From Camelus dromedarius (taxonomy: Eukaryota): DNA of 64,000 bases. Positions 13,550-25,766 of this stretch are shown here, piece after piece. The notes below the pieces were generated by a model, which did no database searches, was not told the DNA's origin, and was given only the letters and a program-made list of their open reading frames with translations. Within the stretch, counting starts at the first letter, position 1. Each line of letters opens with the position of its first letter. Location: NCBI RefSeq assembly GCF_036321535.1, contig NC_087436.1:11904001-11968000 (forward strand), written 5' to 3'. The position numbers and the translations under genes are program-made.

Positions 13550-13700
13550 GCAGCTGTGGCCCTGATTCTCTGTCTAGTAGCTGTGACTTTTCACAAACTG
13601 TACATAAATTTTCTGGGTTTCAGGTTTTGGCTCTGAAAGTAAACCTGGGAGTCATTAGCCATTTCTTTTAGTGCTAAAGAGCTGGATTCTGTATTTCTGA
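13550..13700 (+). mobile_element. MIR3-like fragment
   Basis: ctagtagctgtgactt...ctgggtttcaggtttt...gattctgt. Confidence 0.5.
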
Positions 13701-14424
13701 GATTCTGCATTTAGAATATTAAATATATTGCCGCACAAGAGATGGATGGCCCACCCAGCAAGGGATAGGTAACTCTTTTTTCATGATAAGCTTTCTTGTG
13801 TAACAGAAATAGAACAAGCCTGGTTCAAACTGCATTCTCTACACGATAGGTTTGCTTGCCTAATCTCACTCCAGAGTCCAGATCCTAGTTATCAAGGACG
13901 GTCAGGCACCAGGAGGGGATTGCATCAGCGCTCCTTTGCAGCCTTTGGCCCCCTCCGTCTCTGGAGCCTTTGGCTGCTGGCTTTGTTCCAGCTGCCATGG
14001 TGGCAACCAGGTCTGCACACACCCAATGGACGTGCAGAACCCAGTGAATACTGTGCTCTTGCTGCCTTCTAATGGTCCGCTCTTTCAAACCCAGAGTTAT
14101 ATGGGAGGAGTCCACTGGAGCACACAATTATTCCCTGTTTATTATCAGCATATCAGATCATCGTACATAGTAATGACCACTGAACAAAGCTAAATTCTCT
14201 AGACAACATAGTGTTAAGCCTTGAAGAAACAGATGCTAACCTCACCAGCTCTAATGACACAGTAGCGTGGCTTCACTGAGTAACATGTTGTATCATATTT
14301 GGCTACCGGTGGGGGTATAACTTGGTACAGCATTTTAAAAGTAACATTTCATCACGTTTATTGAATGTTAATGCTTTTCATTCTAGAATTCCTGTTTCAG
14401 GAAGATACGCTTGCCAGTAATCTG

Positions 14425-14660
14425 AGAAGGCAGTGCAGTGAAATGGCTATCAGCATAAACTTGGTAGTCAGAGTAGTCAAGTTCAAACCCTGCCTCCTCC
14501 ATTTACCAGTTGATATTAGGCAAGTTACTTAACCTCTCTAAGTTGTACTTCACTCATGTATAGAATGGTGCTAACTATAGTGAGAGTTCAATGTGGTAAT
14601 GCATGGACTTAGCATAGCTCCCAGCAAATGGTAAGCAGTACATAAATGCTGGCCATTATG
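14425..14660 (+). mobile_element. MIR
   Basis: gttcaaaccctgcctcctccatttaccagttg...ggcaagttacttaacctctct...cttagcatag. Confidence 0.8.
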
Positions 14661-14944
14661 ACTGTTAAACCTGCCCAAAGATGTTAAATTCAGTGTTATT
14701 TATAATTATGAAAAATTGGAAACAAACTAAATGTCCAGTAATAGGGAATACAGTAAATTTTTTAAAAAATCATTCATGCAGTGGAATACTATAGAGCAGT
14801 TAAAAGTAATATTTTGAAGAATATTTAAGACCAAAATGTTCAATGTGAAAAAAAAAGCTACCATATGCTCCATGTTTACTGTATGACAGCTAGTTTGAAT
14901 ATTTTAAAAATCTGTGCAATAAATCTATAACACAGATACAGTTT

Positions 14945-15035
14945 TTTCTATTTTATAATTGAAGAAATTGAGCCTAGTGAGAGTAAGTTACTTGCCCAAG
15001 ATCATATCACTGGTAAGTGGTAGAATCTGATATTG
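14945..15035 (-). mobile_element. MIR fragment
   Basis: gaagaaattgagcctagtgagagtaagttacttgcccaagatcata. Confidence 0.75.
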
Positions 15036-15549
15036 TACTATACTTATATAGAAAACAGATCAGAATCATATATATGTATAAATATAATAAAATATAAATA
15101 TATATGTGAGCAAAGTTCTAGATGCTAAGATTTCAGGCAAGTTTATTTTTAAATGTTTTTATACTTTTCAAAATTTTATGTATATTAGTTTTAGTAAAAG
15201 AAAAATATTAGTAGATCAAAATACTAGAAAATAAAGGAGGTGGTGTGGAGATCAGGGGCTGACAGGAGTGAGCAAAGACAATGCAGAAAAGGAGGCCAAT
15301 TGCCGATGTGTCTGGTTAATGAGAGGGGTCCTGTGCTACTCAGTCAGAAGGGAAATAGAGGACAAGTGAGTGTCTTGATCAAGTGTATGGACAAATACTT
15401 CAGTTAGCAAATATTTCAGGGGGGAGAAAAATGTGCTTTGAGGTTAATCTGATATAGATTAAAGAGAGATGGTTTTGTCTATATTGGGTTTGAGATTTCA
15501 GGATGAGATATATAGAGGTTTTAAGGAATTTGGGAATATGGGGACAGTA

Positions 15550-16400
15550 GCTTTTGATAAAGAGGAACACAAATTATCTTTGAAACAAAGAGTGAGTTGC
15601 AATCTCTGAGTGAGAGAAATGCAGGCTTGGGGAAAACACTGGCATGTGGAGGAAATGAAGGAGAAAATGAAGCAGAGAAGAGCATCCAGAAGTATCGTTC
15701 GTGGGAATGAGGAAGGCACTGTATTCCGGGAAACAAGGAAAACAACTTGTTGCTGAGATGTAAAGGAAGATGAGCGGTGAGAAATCGTAGTTAGATTTGG
15801 TGCTTAGGATTCACCCATGATTTCAATAAGTTAGTGGCAGCAGAAGCCGTGTTGTAAACTATTAACACTGAGGATATGAATCAAGGTTAAGAAGAGACGA
15901 CTATTTCGAGAAGTTTGATGATCAAGAAAGGTCATTTCTAAGGTGAAGGGAGAAGGGCGTCAGCATAAGGAGATAAATTATAGTGAAGAAGATGCTGAAA
16001 TTGTATGAGACAAAGGGGGAAAGAGCTGAAAAAAAGTCCCAAGGGATGTCGTAGAGCATGAGATTAAAATGAGTGGATGAACTTTGGCAAAGAAAAGATG
16101 CCTTTTCCCCGCACCCTTAGGCATCAAAAAGAACAAGGAGAGGACTGCAGATGTCCAGTGAGAGTTTACAGATACAGCGAGAGATACACAAGTTGAGGGA
16201 GCTTGTTTCAGATGGTTGCAATTTTCTTGGCCAAATAGGAAACACAGTATTCTGCCTAGAATAAAAAGAATAAAAGATATTGGATGGGATTGGGTGTATA
16301 AAGACAGCGGGAAAGACTTGTAAAAACCATTGTGGGAAAATGATGTAGAGCATTGCACCACAACGGATGGACTGATTCCTGGGTAGCAGTGCTGTTCCTC
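15550..16400 (-). mobile_element. L2 internal fragment
   Basis: Purine-rich decayed L2 motifs (ttagatttgg, gcagaagcc, ctatttcgagaagtttg). Confidence 0.55.
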
Positions 16401-17459
16401 TGACCTTGGAGATCATGGTTTTGTAGTTCTGGTTGGTTAGCTTCTCCAGCAGCGCTTAGGAGCCTGGAACCGTGATTGAGAAATGGTATTAACAGGTAGC
16501 ATCTACATAGCGGTCTAAAGCTTATAAAGTGCTTGTACACGTGATCTCTCATTTGGAATAAACTGGTAGCTGCAATTAATCAAGACTGGCAATGGGCAGG
16601 ATAGGAATTACCCTGCATTGTTAGAGTGGGCGCTCTTGAAACTGTTGCCCTCAAATGCACAGGGAGGCCAATGAAACCATGTCAGTGTGTAGACTGCGGA
16701 GACTAGGGGTTGTAAAGAGGTTAAAGGGCACATTTTATAGCAGGAGTGGGAAGTGTGGAAAGTTAAGATTTTGTGGTCAGAGAGGAATTGCATTTTGCTT
16801 TATGCCATATGTTATAGAAAAAAATCCCCCAAACTTCTATCTGGTTATCTCAAAAAAAATTTCCATTGATTTTTGCAGATATTTTATCATATATTAAATC
16901 ATTATATTTAGATTTTTTTAGGCTTGAAATATTGTTAAAATATCTTTTAATTTTATAAATATTATAAATATAATAACCTGATGTTACTGGCTTTTCTTTG
17001 AACAACTAAATTATATCATGGTTATATCTTTATCTGAATATATCTATGTCCATAGTTATGTCCATGTCTGTATATTTATCTATTTATGTATCTATTTTTG
17101 ATTGATTGGTCTTGCATTAAGCCTACACAGTAACTTAGGATAACTGATATTTTATTACATATAGTATTTGTATCCAGAAATATAGTATGCATTCTTTTAT
17201 TTCTCTAAGTAAAAATAAAAACTCCCTTCATATTTTGGGTCCTATTAATCATGTTTGATGTGTGTGTGTTTATTTTTACCTGGACACATTATTAAATTCT
17301 TAAAATAATTTGAATAATTTGCTTTAGTTGATTGTTTTTGGATTTTACAGATAAAAATCGTAATAGAAAATGGTTGTCTTCTCTTCACATTTCCAATGTT
17401 TTATTTCCTTTGTTTTAAAACCAGAATTTTCATTTTTTCACTTACTATAGAAGCAGAAT

Positions 17460-18100
17460 TTTTAAAAATAACCTTTTTGTTGAAGTATAACAGAGGCTAG
17501 TACATAAATGTAAGTGTAAAACTCAGCTAATTTTCATGAAGTGGACATACCAGGTAACCAACACCTGAAGCTACAAGATCATCAGCACAAATCCCTTCAT
17601 GCCCCTATCGGTCACTCTTCCCAACAAGGAAACTGACTTCTAACGCATTAGATTACGGAAGGGCATCATATAGCACATTCTCTTTTGTGTTTGTCTTCTT
17701 TTACTCAACACCAAGTTTTGAGATTCTTCTGACATATGTAGCAGTGATTTATTTATTTTCAGTGCTGGGCAACATTCAGATGTATTATTTTTATCCATTC
17801 CATCTTAATACGATTATTTGGATTGTTCGCATTTTTCGACTTTTACGGTGTTGCTACAAACATTCTTGTATGTCATTTTTTCGGGTATTCACTCTGGAAT
17901 GAAATCACTGGGTCTTCAAGGAATACAACAAAACGTCGTGTAAAGTAGATACTGTCAAGTTCTTTTACAAAGTGATTTTACCAATTTATTCCAATTTATT
18001 ACCACTGGTGTAAAATAGTTCAAATCGCTCCACATGCTCACCGACACTTGATACTGTCACGTCGAAAAACCTTAGCCAATGTTATGTGTCTGCTGGATTA
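17460..18100 (-). mobile_element. Old L1 (L1ME/MD-like) 3' end
   Basis: ttgaagtataac...aagtgtaaaactcagctaattttcatgaagtggacatac; atcgctccacatgctcaccgacacttgata. Confidence 0.7.
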
Positions 18101-18109
18101 TGGTCATTT

Positions 18110-18715
18110 TTTTCATTTAATTCTCAGTTTTAATGAGGTACAATTTGGATGGAATAAAATGCACTTGTTTACAGTTATATCAAGCTTGATAAATTTATAC
18201 ATCTGTAAAATTGCCATATCAATCAAAATGGTGAAAATTTCCATCACTCCCAGAAGGTTCCCTTGTGCCTCCTTTCAGTCAATTCCCTCACCACTAGCCC
18301 CAAGCAAACATGACCTGATGTCCGTCAGTACAGGGGAGCATTGCTTGATGTTGGACTTCGTATGAATGCAATCATACAGTAAGAACTGTTTTGTGTCAGC
18401 TTCTTTTATTAAAAATAATGTTTTTAGTCAATGTATGTTTTTATTTGTATCAGCAATTCATTTCTTTTTATTGCTGAGTACTATCGCGTTATATAGGTAT
18501 ATACCACAATTTCTCCATTCACTTTCTGATGAGCATTTAAGTTCTTTCAGGTTTTAGTGTGCTAAGAATAAGACTGCTATGAACGCTCATGTCCAACTCA
18601 TTGTATCATAAGCATATCATATGACAAGTGTACATTTAATTTTATAAGAAGATTCTAATGTCTTTTCCAAAGTGATTGTACCATTTTAGACACCCATCAG
18701 CAATATGAGTCCAAA
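18110..18715 (-). mobile_element. Old L1 (L1MC/MD-like) 3' end
   Basis: aatgaggtacaattt...aataaaatgcac...ccatcactcccagaaggttccc...ttccaaagtgattgtaccatttt. Confidence 0.75.
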
Positions 18716-18874
18716 CAGTCCACAGAATTTTAAAAACAATATTAGTCAATTTGAGTTTATAATTTTACTTAAAGGAAATGCCTTTAAAATGCTGTTTCAG
18801 GATTTAAAATAGGTATTTTTTAATCGTGTTAACAAGTATTGGGAATGACGTATTGAAATTTAATAGATAACTCT

Positions 18875-19288
18875 TGTGGTGTAGTTCAGTAATTTTAGGA
18901 AACCACTCCTAGCCAAGTCAAGCCCACAAGACCACATGGAAGGAAAACCCTGGGCGACCTAGGCCTGTGTTTGTGGAGCTGGTTCCTAGCTATCAGTCTG
19001 CCCACCCTTACTTTGTTTCCATTCTGTCCACCTCATAAATAGTAACCCCTATTTTCTGGTTCCTCTTGGTACCAAGTCCCTTTAGCACAATCTGCTGTTG
19101 GCCACCATCCCAGCTCTAATCAGCTGCCTTTATTCACAGACTCCACCAGTGTTTCTTCTTGGTTCCCTGCTTTCAGAAATACACACATGTCAGCAACTTC
19201 TTTCTAATGGCCTTAGGAACTTTCCATCAGTTTACTGCTCTCCAGGGCTTCTCAGTGGGGCACAGCTGAGTTTCACAGTCTGTTCCTG
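18875..19288. mobile_element. Probable old MaLR/ERVL LTR inserted in an ancient L1
   Basis: Starts TG; GC-richer than flanks; L1-like text joins across it; possible TSD actct/aatct. Confidence 0.35.
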
Positions 19289-21204
19289 AATCTTTTCAGC
19301 ACCTACTAAATTTATTATATCTTTTTCTTATTTAATTAAAATGCTATTTAAAATGACTTCTTTTATATTGAAAGATTCTTGTGTTTCTGAGAGAATTATG
19401 CTTAGTTTTAGTGGGATATTTTATATAGTATAACTAAATTCTATATGTTAGCACATGATTTTAAAAATGGATTGTTCACACCTATGTTCATAAGTGAGAT
19501 AGACTGGTGTTAACTGAATTTGAGTAGAGAAAACACATTTATCTTACAAAATACATTGAATAATTTCAGAGTTTTTCTTCTAAGTTTTTTCATATGAATT
19601 ACAAGGAAATCATCAATTTGAAAGCTTGAAAGATTTCTCTAAAGGGCTTGTCAAATTTAACTGACTTCCTTCCCCAGCTGTGGTCGAGACTAGCTTTTGA
19701 ATGGCTTTTTCAACTTGTTACTGAAATAGTTCTCTGTAAGATCTTCCAGTTTAATTCTGTAGATTTGGTATTAAAACTTACTAGAAACTTAACGCCATTC
19801 TCATTTTGATTTTCAAATTTAATACATTTATGTGCATATCCTTTAAATGTTGAACCATAAACTTCTTTCATAACTCTGGTTATTTCTGTCTATTAAATAA
19901 TAAAATAATATAAATTACAATTTTTCTTTTCTGATAAAAATATTTTAGCTGTATTTATTATATTTATATTCATCTTTTAAAAAATTTTAAAAACTGAATT
20001 TTTCTTCAATTCAGTTATTTTACTAGGAAATATTTCCATTTACAAGTGTTTTAATTTATAAACTATCATGGTCAATGAATTAAAAGTAGTAATTAATACG
20101 TCCATATATTATTTTAAATTAAGTTTTTTTGTGTGTGGCTTATTAAATGGTCATATCATGAGTACTAGTGTACACTGGAAAATAAGATGCATTTCTTTTT
20201 TCAAGTTGACATTTACTATGTCAACTTATTTTATTAATTAATTTTATTAATGATAGTTCTTCTTGTTCTTTTTTTTAAAATATCAATTATAGACAAACCT
20301 TGAGCAGAAATTGTATCTCTGTATATTTTCCTTGTATTTTATTGAATTTTAATTAATACAGTTTTTATTCTGTTTACTATATATTATTTTCATGTATTTT
20401 TATTCATTATTTACCATGCCTTCTACAGTTATGCAGATTTCTATCTTTTATAACATTTTTGATAGTTATATTGCCATGTTTTCTTTCCTCTTATTCAAGA
20501 CTAATTTAGCCTTACATCAACTCTTCTATGTAGTTTTTATTTGTCTCATTGTCAGAATTTTGTTGCAACTTTTTAGTCTCTCTGATATCCTTGGCCTTTT
20601 TGTGTGAGAATTTAGCAATCTATAGTTGTGATCACCATATGTGGTCAAATGTGTGACATTCTGCAATTAAGGGATCTCCAAGTGTATGAAAAAAAGTGTG
20701 TAATCTATGAATCCAGAAGTCTGTGGAAGGGTCTTTGAAACCTGAGACATGAGAATTGTGAGTGGAAGAATAAGTTCTCATTGACATCTAGTAAAAATTA
20801 AAGTTTTCTTCTAACAGGACTACATAATATAACAGGAATGTAAAGTATAATAAAGTATTTTGCATATATGTTATAATATAAATGCAAAGCATGCTGTTCT
20901 TCTGTAACTATATACAGCATACATTTAATAAAGTATAAAATAAAGTAGTATTCATTAAAAAAACAAACATTTTCGCCTTCTTCAATGGGAATTGTTTAAA
21001 AGTTGTGTAAAATAAAATCAGACTTCTTGTGTTGGGGAGCGGAAGCTGTAGATAGTCTATGAATAATGAATATGTCAATGTGGCAGGCTCATATTTTATG
21101 CATCCTATCACTAATAAAATAATATTCATCAACCATGCTGGAGGAAAGACTGAATATCTTTCTCTTCTCTCTATGGAAAATGATGGTAAAAAACACAGCT
21201 ATAC

Positions 21205-24040
21205 CAGAAAAGTTCTATATCTATCAAAGAAATTGAATTCATAGACACCCCCAAAGAAGAAAATTTTAGGCCTAAATGGCTTCAATGGCAAATTTTACCT
21301 AGTATAAAAAAGAAACAATATAAATCATACATAATGTTATTTAGAAAATAAAAGAGAATGAACTCATTTTATAACCTCAGCATTATCCTTATTCTAAAAC
21401 CAAAGACATTGCAAAAAAAGAAAAAATGAAGACTAATGTCTTTCATAATCATATATGCAAACATCTTTAGCAAAACATTAGCAAATCAAGTTCAACAATA
21501 TAAAATGTAATAATACAGCATGACCAATAGGTTTATCTCAAGAATGCAGGACTGGCTGAACATTGAAAAAAATCAGTCAATACAATTCATATCATCAAAT
21601 GAAGGAAGAAAAATCATATAATCATTTCAAAAAATGCAGAAAAGCATTTGATAAAATCTAACACCTATTCATGAAAAAAATGTCTTAGCAAACTGAGAAC
21701 TAATTTGGAAACTAGTAAGGAACTTCCTTGACTTGATAAAGGACCTTGTTATAGGACGGGGAAATTTGGACACAGAGACACTGGGAATGTGGGCACACAG
21801 AAAAGGCCATGAGAGGTCACAGTGAGAAGGCAGCCATCTGCAAGCCAAGGGCAAAGGCCTCAGAAGAAATCAGACCGGCTGGCATCCTGATCTTGGACTT
21901 CTGCCCTTCGGACCTGAGAGGAATTCCTGTTGTTTAAGCCATCTAGTCTGGGGTACGTTGTTACAGGAGCCCTAGCAAACTAATCCACAAAAATCCAACA
22001 GCTAACGTCACACTTCATGGTGAAAGATTGAATTCTTAGCTATGAAGACTGAGATCAAGGCAAGGATATCCTCTTTCATAAACACTATTCACATTCATAG
22101 TGAAATTCCTAAGCAATGCAATAACATAAGAAAAATAAATAACCAGTACTGGATTGGAAAGGGAGAAATGACATGGTATCTATACTCTGTAATTTGTACA
22201 CAATCCTAATGAATCTATAAAAAAACTCCTCTAACAAGTGAATTTAAGAAGGTCACAAGATACATAGCCAATATAAAAAAGTTCTATTTCTCTATATTAG
22301 CAATGATCAATTGAAATGAAAATGAAACTGGTACAGTTAACAATAACACCAAAAAATAAAATACTTAGGTGTAAATCTATAAAATTATGTGCAGAATCTA
22401 TATGCTGAAAACTACATAGATTGATGAAAAATAACAAATAAGATCTAAATAAGTAGAAAGATACTCTGTGTTCATGGATTGAAGACTAATTATTGTTAAT
22501 ATGTTAATTTTCTTTGTGATCTATAGATTCAATGCACTCTCAATCAAAATCTAAAAAAAAAATATTTTTGTAGGTAGTGATAAACTGATTCTAAAATTTA
22601 TATGGAAAAAGGCTAGAATAGCCTTTAAACAAAACACCTTTAAATATGAAGAAAATACTGGAAGAACTCACCCAATTTCAAGACTTACTATAAAGTTACA
22701 GAAATCTGTGTGATGTTGGTGAAATTATAGATGAATAGAGCACATAGACCAGAATAGAGAGTCCAGAAACAGACCCACAATAATGTGGTCAAATGCTTTT
22801 ATTAACAAATGTGCTAAGGCAGTTCAGTGAAGAAAAGAGAGTCTTTTCAACAAAAGGTGCTGAAACAATTGAACAGCCATAGGCCTCCCCCCACCCAAAA
22901 AGTACCTTGACTCATACCTTGTACTTTATACAAAAAATGACTCCAAATGGATCATAGACTTAAGTACAAAACCTATAAGTATAAAAATTCTAGAAAATAT
23001 TTGTGACCTTGAAAGATGTAAAGAGTTTTTAGAATTAGCTCTTTGGTGAATTTGTGATGGAAAAGCACAATTAAAATTTGATAAATTGGACTTCATCAAA
23101 ATTAAAAACTTCTTTGCAAAAGTCACTTTTAAGAAAATGAAAAAAAAAACCCATGGGCATGGCAAAAAACACTTCAAATCACACATTTGGTAAAGATATG
23201 ATACATCTTTCATATATATGAAAACTCTTAAGTAATAAAAAGAAAGTACACACTCAAATAAAAATGGCAAAAAGATTAGATCAGACACTTCATCAAACAA
23301 CACACATAGATGGCAAATAAGTACATAAAAGGTGAATCATTAGAAAAATGCAGATTAAAATTATATCACTATACACATATTAGGGTAGCAAAAAACAATC
23401 AGATGAACAACAGAAAAAAAAAAAAACCCCAACACTAACAGATGCTGGAGAGACTATACACAAGTGGAGCTTCCATATATTGCTAGTGGAAATGCAAAAT
23501 GAGAGCCAGACACTTAGAAAACAGTTCAGAAGTTCCAAGTAAGGGTCAGTATACACCTACTACATTACCTAAAACTTCATTCCACAGTGTTACACTCAAA
23601 AGACATGATAACGTATGTTCCCACAAAACATTTTACAGGTGTTTTATTCACAATTTTCTCAACTGGAAATAACTCAAGTGCCCTTCAAGGGGGAATCTTA
23701 TAAACATTTATGGAAATTCCATATAATGGAATTCTATGGGGCAATAAGAAGGAAGAAATTGCTACTAAATGCAGCAACATAGATGAACATCAAGTGCACT
23801 ATGCTGAATGAAATTAGCCAGACTCACAAGACAGCATAGATGATACCAATCTTTGGAAAAGGGAAATTCACAGGAAGAGAAAATGGGTCAGTGATTTTGA
23901 GGGGCTGGTCATAGAGGGCATTTTGGGGAGTGATGCAGCTGTCCCATATCTGGATTATTGTATGTCAAATTCATAGAACTATACATCAAAAAGAGTACAC
24001 TTAAATGTATGTAAATTAAAAAGTGTATAAAGCAAAACAA
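21205..24040 (+). mobile_element. L1MC/MD-like LINE-1: degraded ORF2 (RT to C-terminus) plus 3' UTR
   Basis: aatggcttcaatggcaaattttacc, gcagaaaagcatttgataaaat, ttcatggatt, gacttcatcaaaattaaaaacttct, catagaactatacatcaaaaagagt; many stops and frameshifts. Confidence 0.9.
21747..21987 (+). mobile_element. MLT1B-type LTR (internally deleted) inside the L1
   Basis: tgttatagg...agaaggcagccatctgcaagcca...tcttggacttc...ccctagcaaactaatcca. Confidence 0.85.
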
Positions 24041-25035
24041 AAAATCATTGTTCTATGAAGAGGTGATCACAAATATCAGATAAAAATAGGAAAAAATATT
24101 GTAGACATGTGTTAGGTAATTAATAGAATTTTTTTTTGTATTTTTGATGTTTTTGGTGTTAACTTAAAAATTTTATGTTATAGTTTCCTTTTTTTCCCCC
24201 ACAAAAGGAAACTTGGATCAGCCTCTTGGCATTTAATAAATGCTTGTTTAAAGAAATGAGTAATGATCTACAGATTTAACAAAATACTAACCTGTATTAG
24301 TAAGAATATACTTAATATTTATACTATTATTAACACCAATACTTATACTATTATTAATACTAATACTACTTAAAGAAACCATTCTTTAAATTTTTTGAAT
24401 TCTATGCATATATCTCAATTTAATTTTTAAATTGAGGAAAGTCTTGCCACTTGCAAGGTTTCCATAAAAGGGAATAGAGAAAGTAAGAAATCATGTACTT
24501 AATTTTGCCTTTCTTTTTTTGTTGTTATTGTTCATCCCAACTCTTTTTACATATGTGAATCTAATTTAACATTCTGCAGCTGTGCTCATTTATGACTTCA
24601 TTTTAACACAAAATATTTGATAATTATATTTATTACAATGATATTTCTCGTCTTGATGTCTATCTTCTCATCTCCACAGAAGTTCACCATCAATTCAGTG
24701 ATCATGAGACATCTCTGCAATAATACTGCCTTCACATGTGTGCTCTTTCTTAAATTCAATCATTAATTCTCTTGAATATGCAATCAAGATTTTTATAGAA
24801 AAGCTACTTGAGTAGTCATTTTCCCAAGGCTTTGTTAAATTTGAAAATATCTTCCTGTTGTGCAGAGATGAATAGTAACTTGTCTATATTTAGTCAATAT
24901 GGATAATAGTTTATCCACAGAAGTTTCTGAAACTGTCTCATTGTTTTCTATTGTTACTTATTTCTGCACAAATGTAATATAATTTTGCTGTTTGAAACAT
25001 ATAGAATTTTACTTTTTAGTTAAATTCTGTATTTC

Positions 25036-25766
25036 CTTATGTGACCCTTGTCTTTGGGGTTCCTTGGATCCCCAGTTCCTCACCCTCACCCACTTCTATG
25101 GCTCTGTTGGCCCCAATTCCCTAGCCTACTGGCTCTCCCCCCCCCCACTCCCCTTCCTTTCCTACATCCCGCTTGTTCCCCATCTCATGAAGATTTACCT
25201 GCCCGAGACATCTGCTGGGGACTTGGTGACAAATCCATGCAAATCAACTTACTCTGAAACCCTCTGTTCTCTCCTTGCCCCTGATGTAACCAAAACACGA
25301 TCAATCAGGTACCTTCTAGAGACAGCACCTCCCATCGGCACTTCCCTCAAATAAGCACTGAGGACCCACAGGTTTCCAAAGCCTCCAGGTTGCCTTGCAG
25401 TGCACCTGCTGCTCAGTACCTCCAAAGACCATCTGGATCAGGTTTACGCCCCTTCAATTGCTTTTTAGTGTTCTTCTTCGGCACAGCACAGGAAACTCTC
25501 AATCTGTGAAACGAGTCCACCACAGAACAAGACCATCTCAATCTGGCAGTTAACTGCACATGGGAGTATTAGACCCAAATAAATATGTTTACAGAGAAGG
25601 TCCCTCTCATGGCCTTTCCTAAGGCACATTAGGCACCAAAGCTCTGAGATGGCCCAAAGTACGAAGGCTCGATTAATGTTTGCTTTCATCTTGTGTTTCC
25701 CAACTTATCCGGCTAGTTAAACAATCATTCTACAGAGACTGATTAATCTAAATAGAGAAAGAAAAT
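25036..25766 (+). pseudogene. EBLL: Endogenous bornavirus-like L element (EBLL): L1-mediated, 5'-truncated retrocopy of the 3' end of a bornaviral L polymerase mRNA, disrupted by stops and frameshifts
   Basis: TSD aaattctgtatttc (25022-25035) / aaattccgtatttc (25767-25780); TT/AAAT cut site; A-rich tail 25750-25765. Translation blocks DPCLWGSL...PNSLA, PIGTSLK*ALR, FQSLQVAL, GSGLRP...QETL, MGVLDPNKYVYREGPSHGLS*GTLGTKA and CLLSSCVSQLIRLV are collinear with the BoDV-1 L C-terminus as recalled from memory; terminal TGA at 25740-25742. Confidence 0.78.

Larger units (their letters stand above)
14300..15210 (+). mobile_element. Ancient L1ME-type 3' region, split by two MIRs
   Basis: gtgggggtataacttggtacagc; aattggaaacaaactaaatgtccagtaatagg; cagtggaatactat. 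Confidence 0.65.
20620..24228 (+). mobile_element. hAT-Tip100 (Arthur1/MER69-like) DNA transposon fossil, split by the L1 at ~21205-24040
   Basis: 21129-21195 reads STMLEERLN/LSLLSMEND (one-base frameshift), typical of the hAT C-terminal dimerisation domain; continues at 24045 as SLFYEEVI; ends cccacaaaa...ttggatcagcctct. Left boundary uncertain. Confidence 0.65.

Noticed and set aside
25112..25330. Resemblance of YWLS...LSYIPL to the Ebola virus L C-terminus (filovirus-like element)
   Set aside because: Needs several gaps and does not extend consistently; the bornaviral alignment is collinear over the whole insert.
24992..25354. 120-aa ORF as a functional gene
   Set aside because: Starts at a non-ATG codon in flanking L1 debris, crosses the TSD and ends at a premature stop; it is only the open remnant of the EBLL.
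25520..25660. NKTISIWQLT resembling a WD40/RACK1 motif, and RPFNCFLVF (25447-25473) resembling an HMG box
   Set aside because: Isolated short matches, low nucleotide similarity, and the wrong position relative to the poly(A) tail for a host retrocopy.
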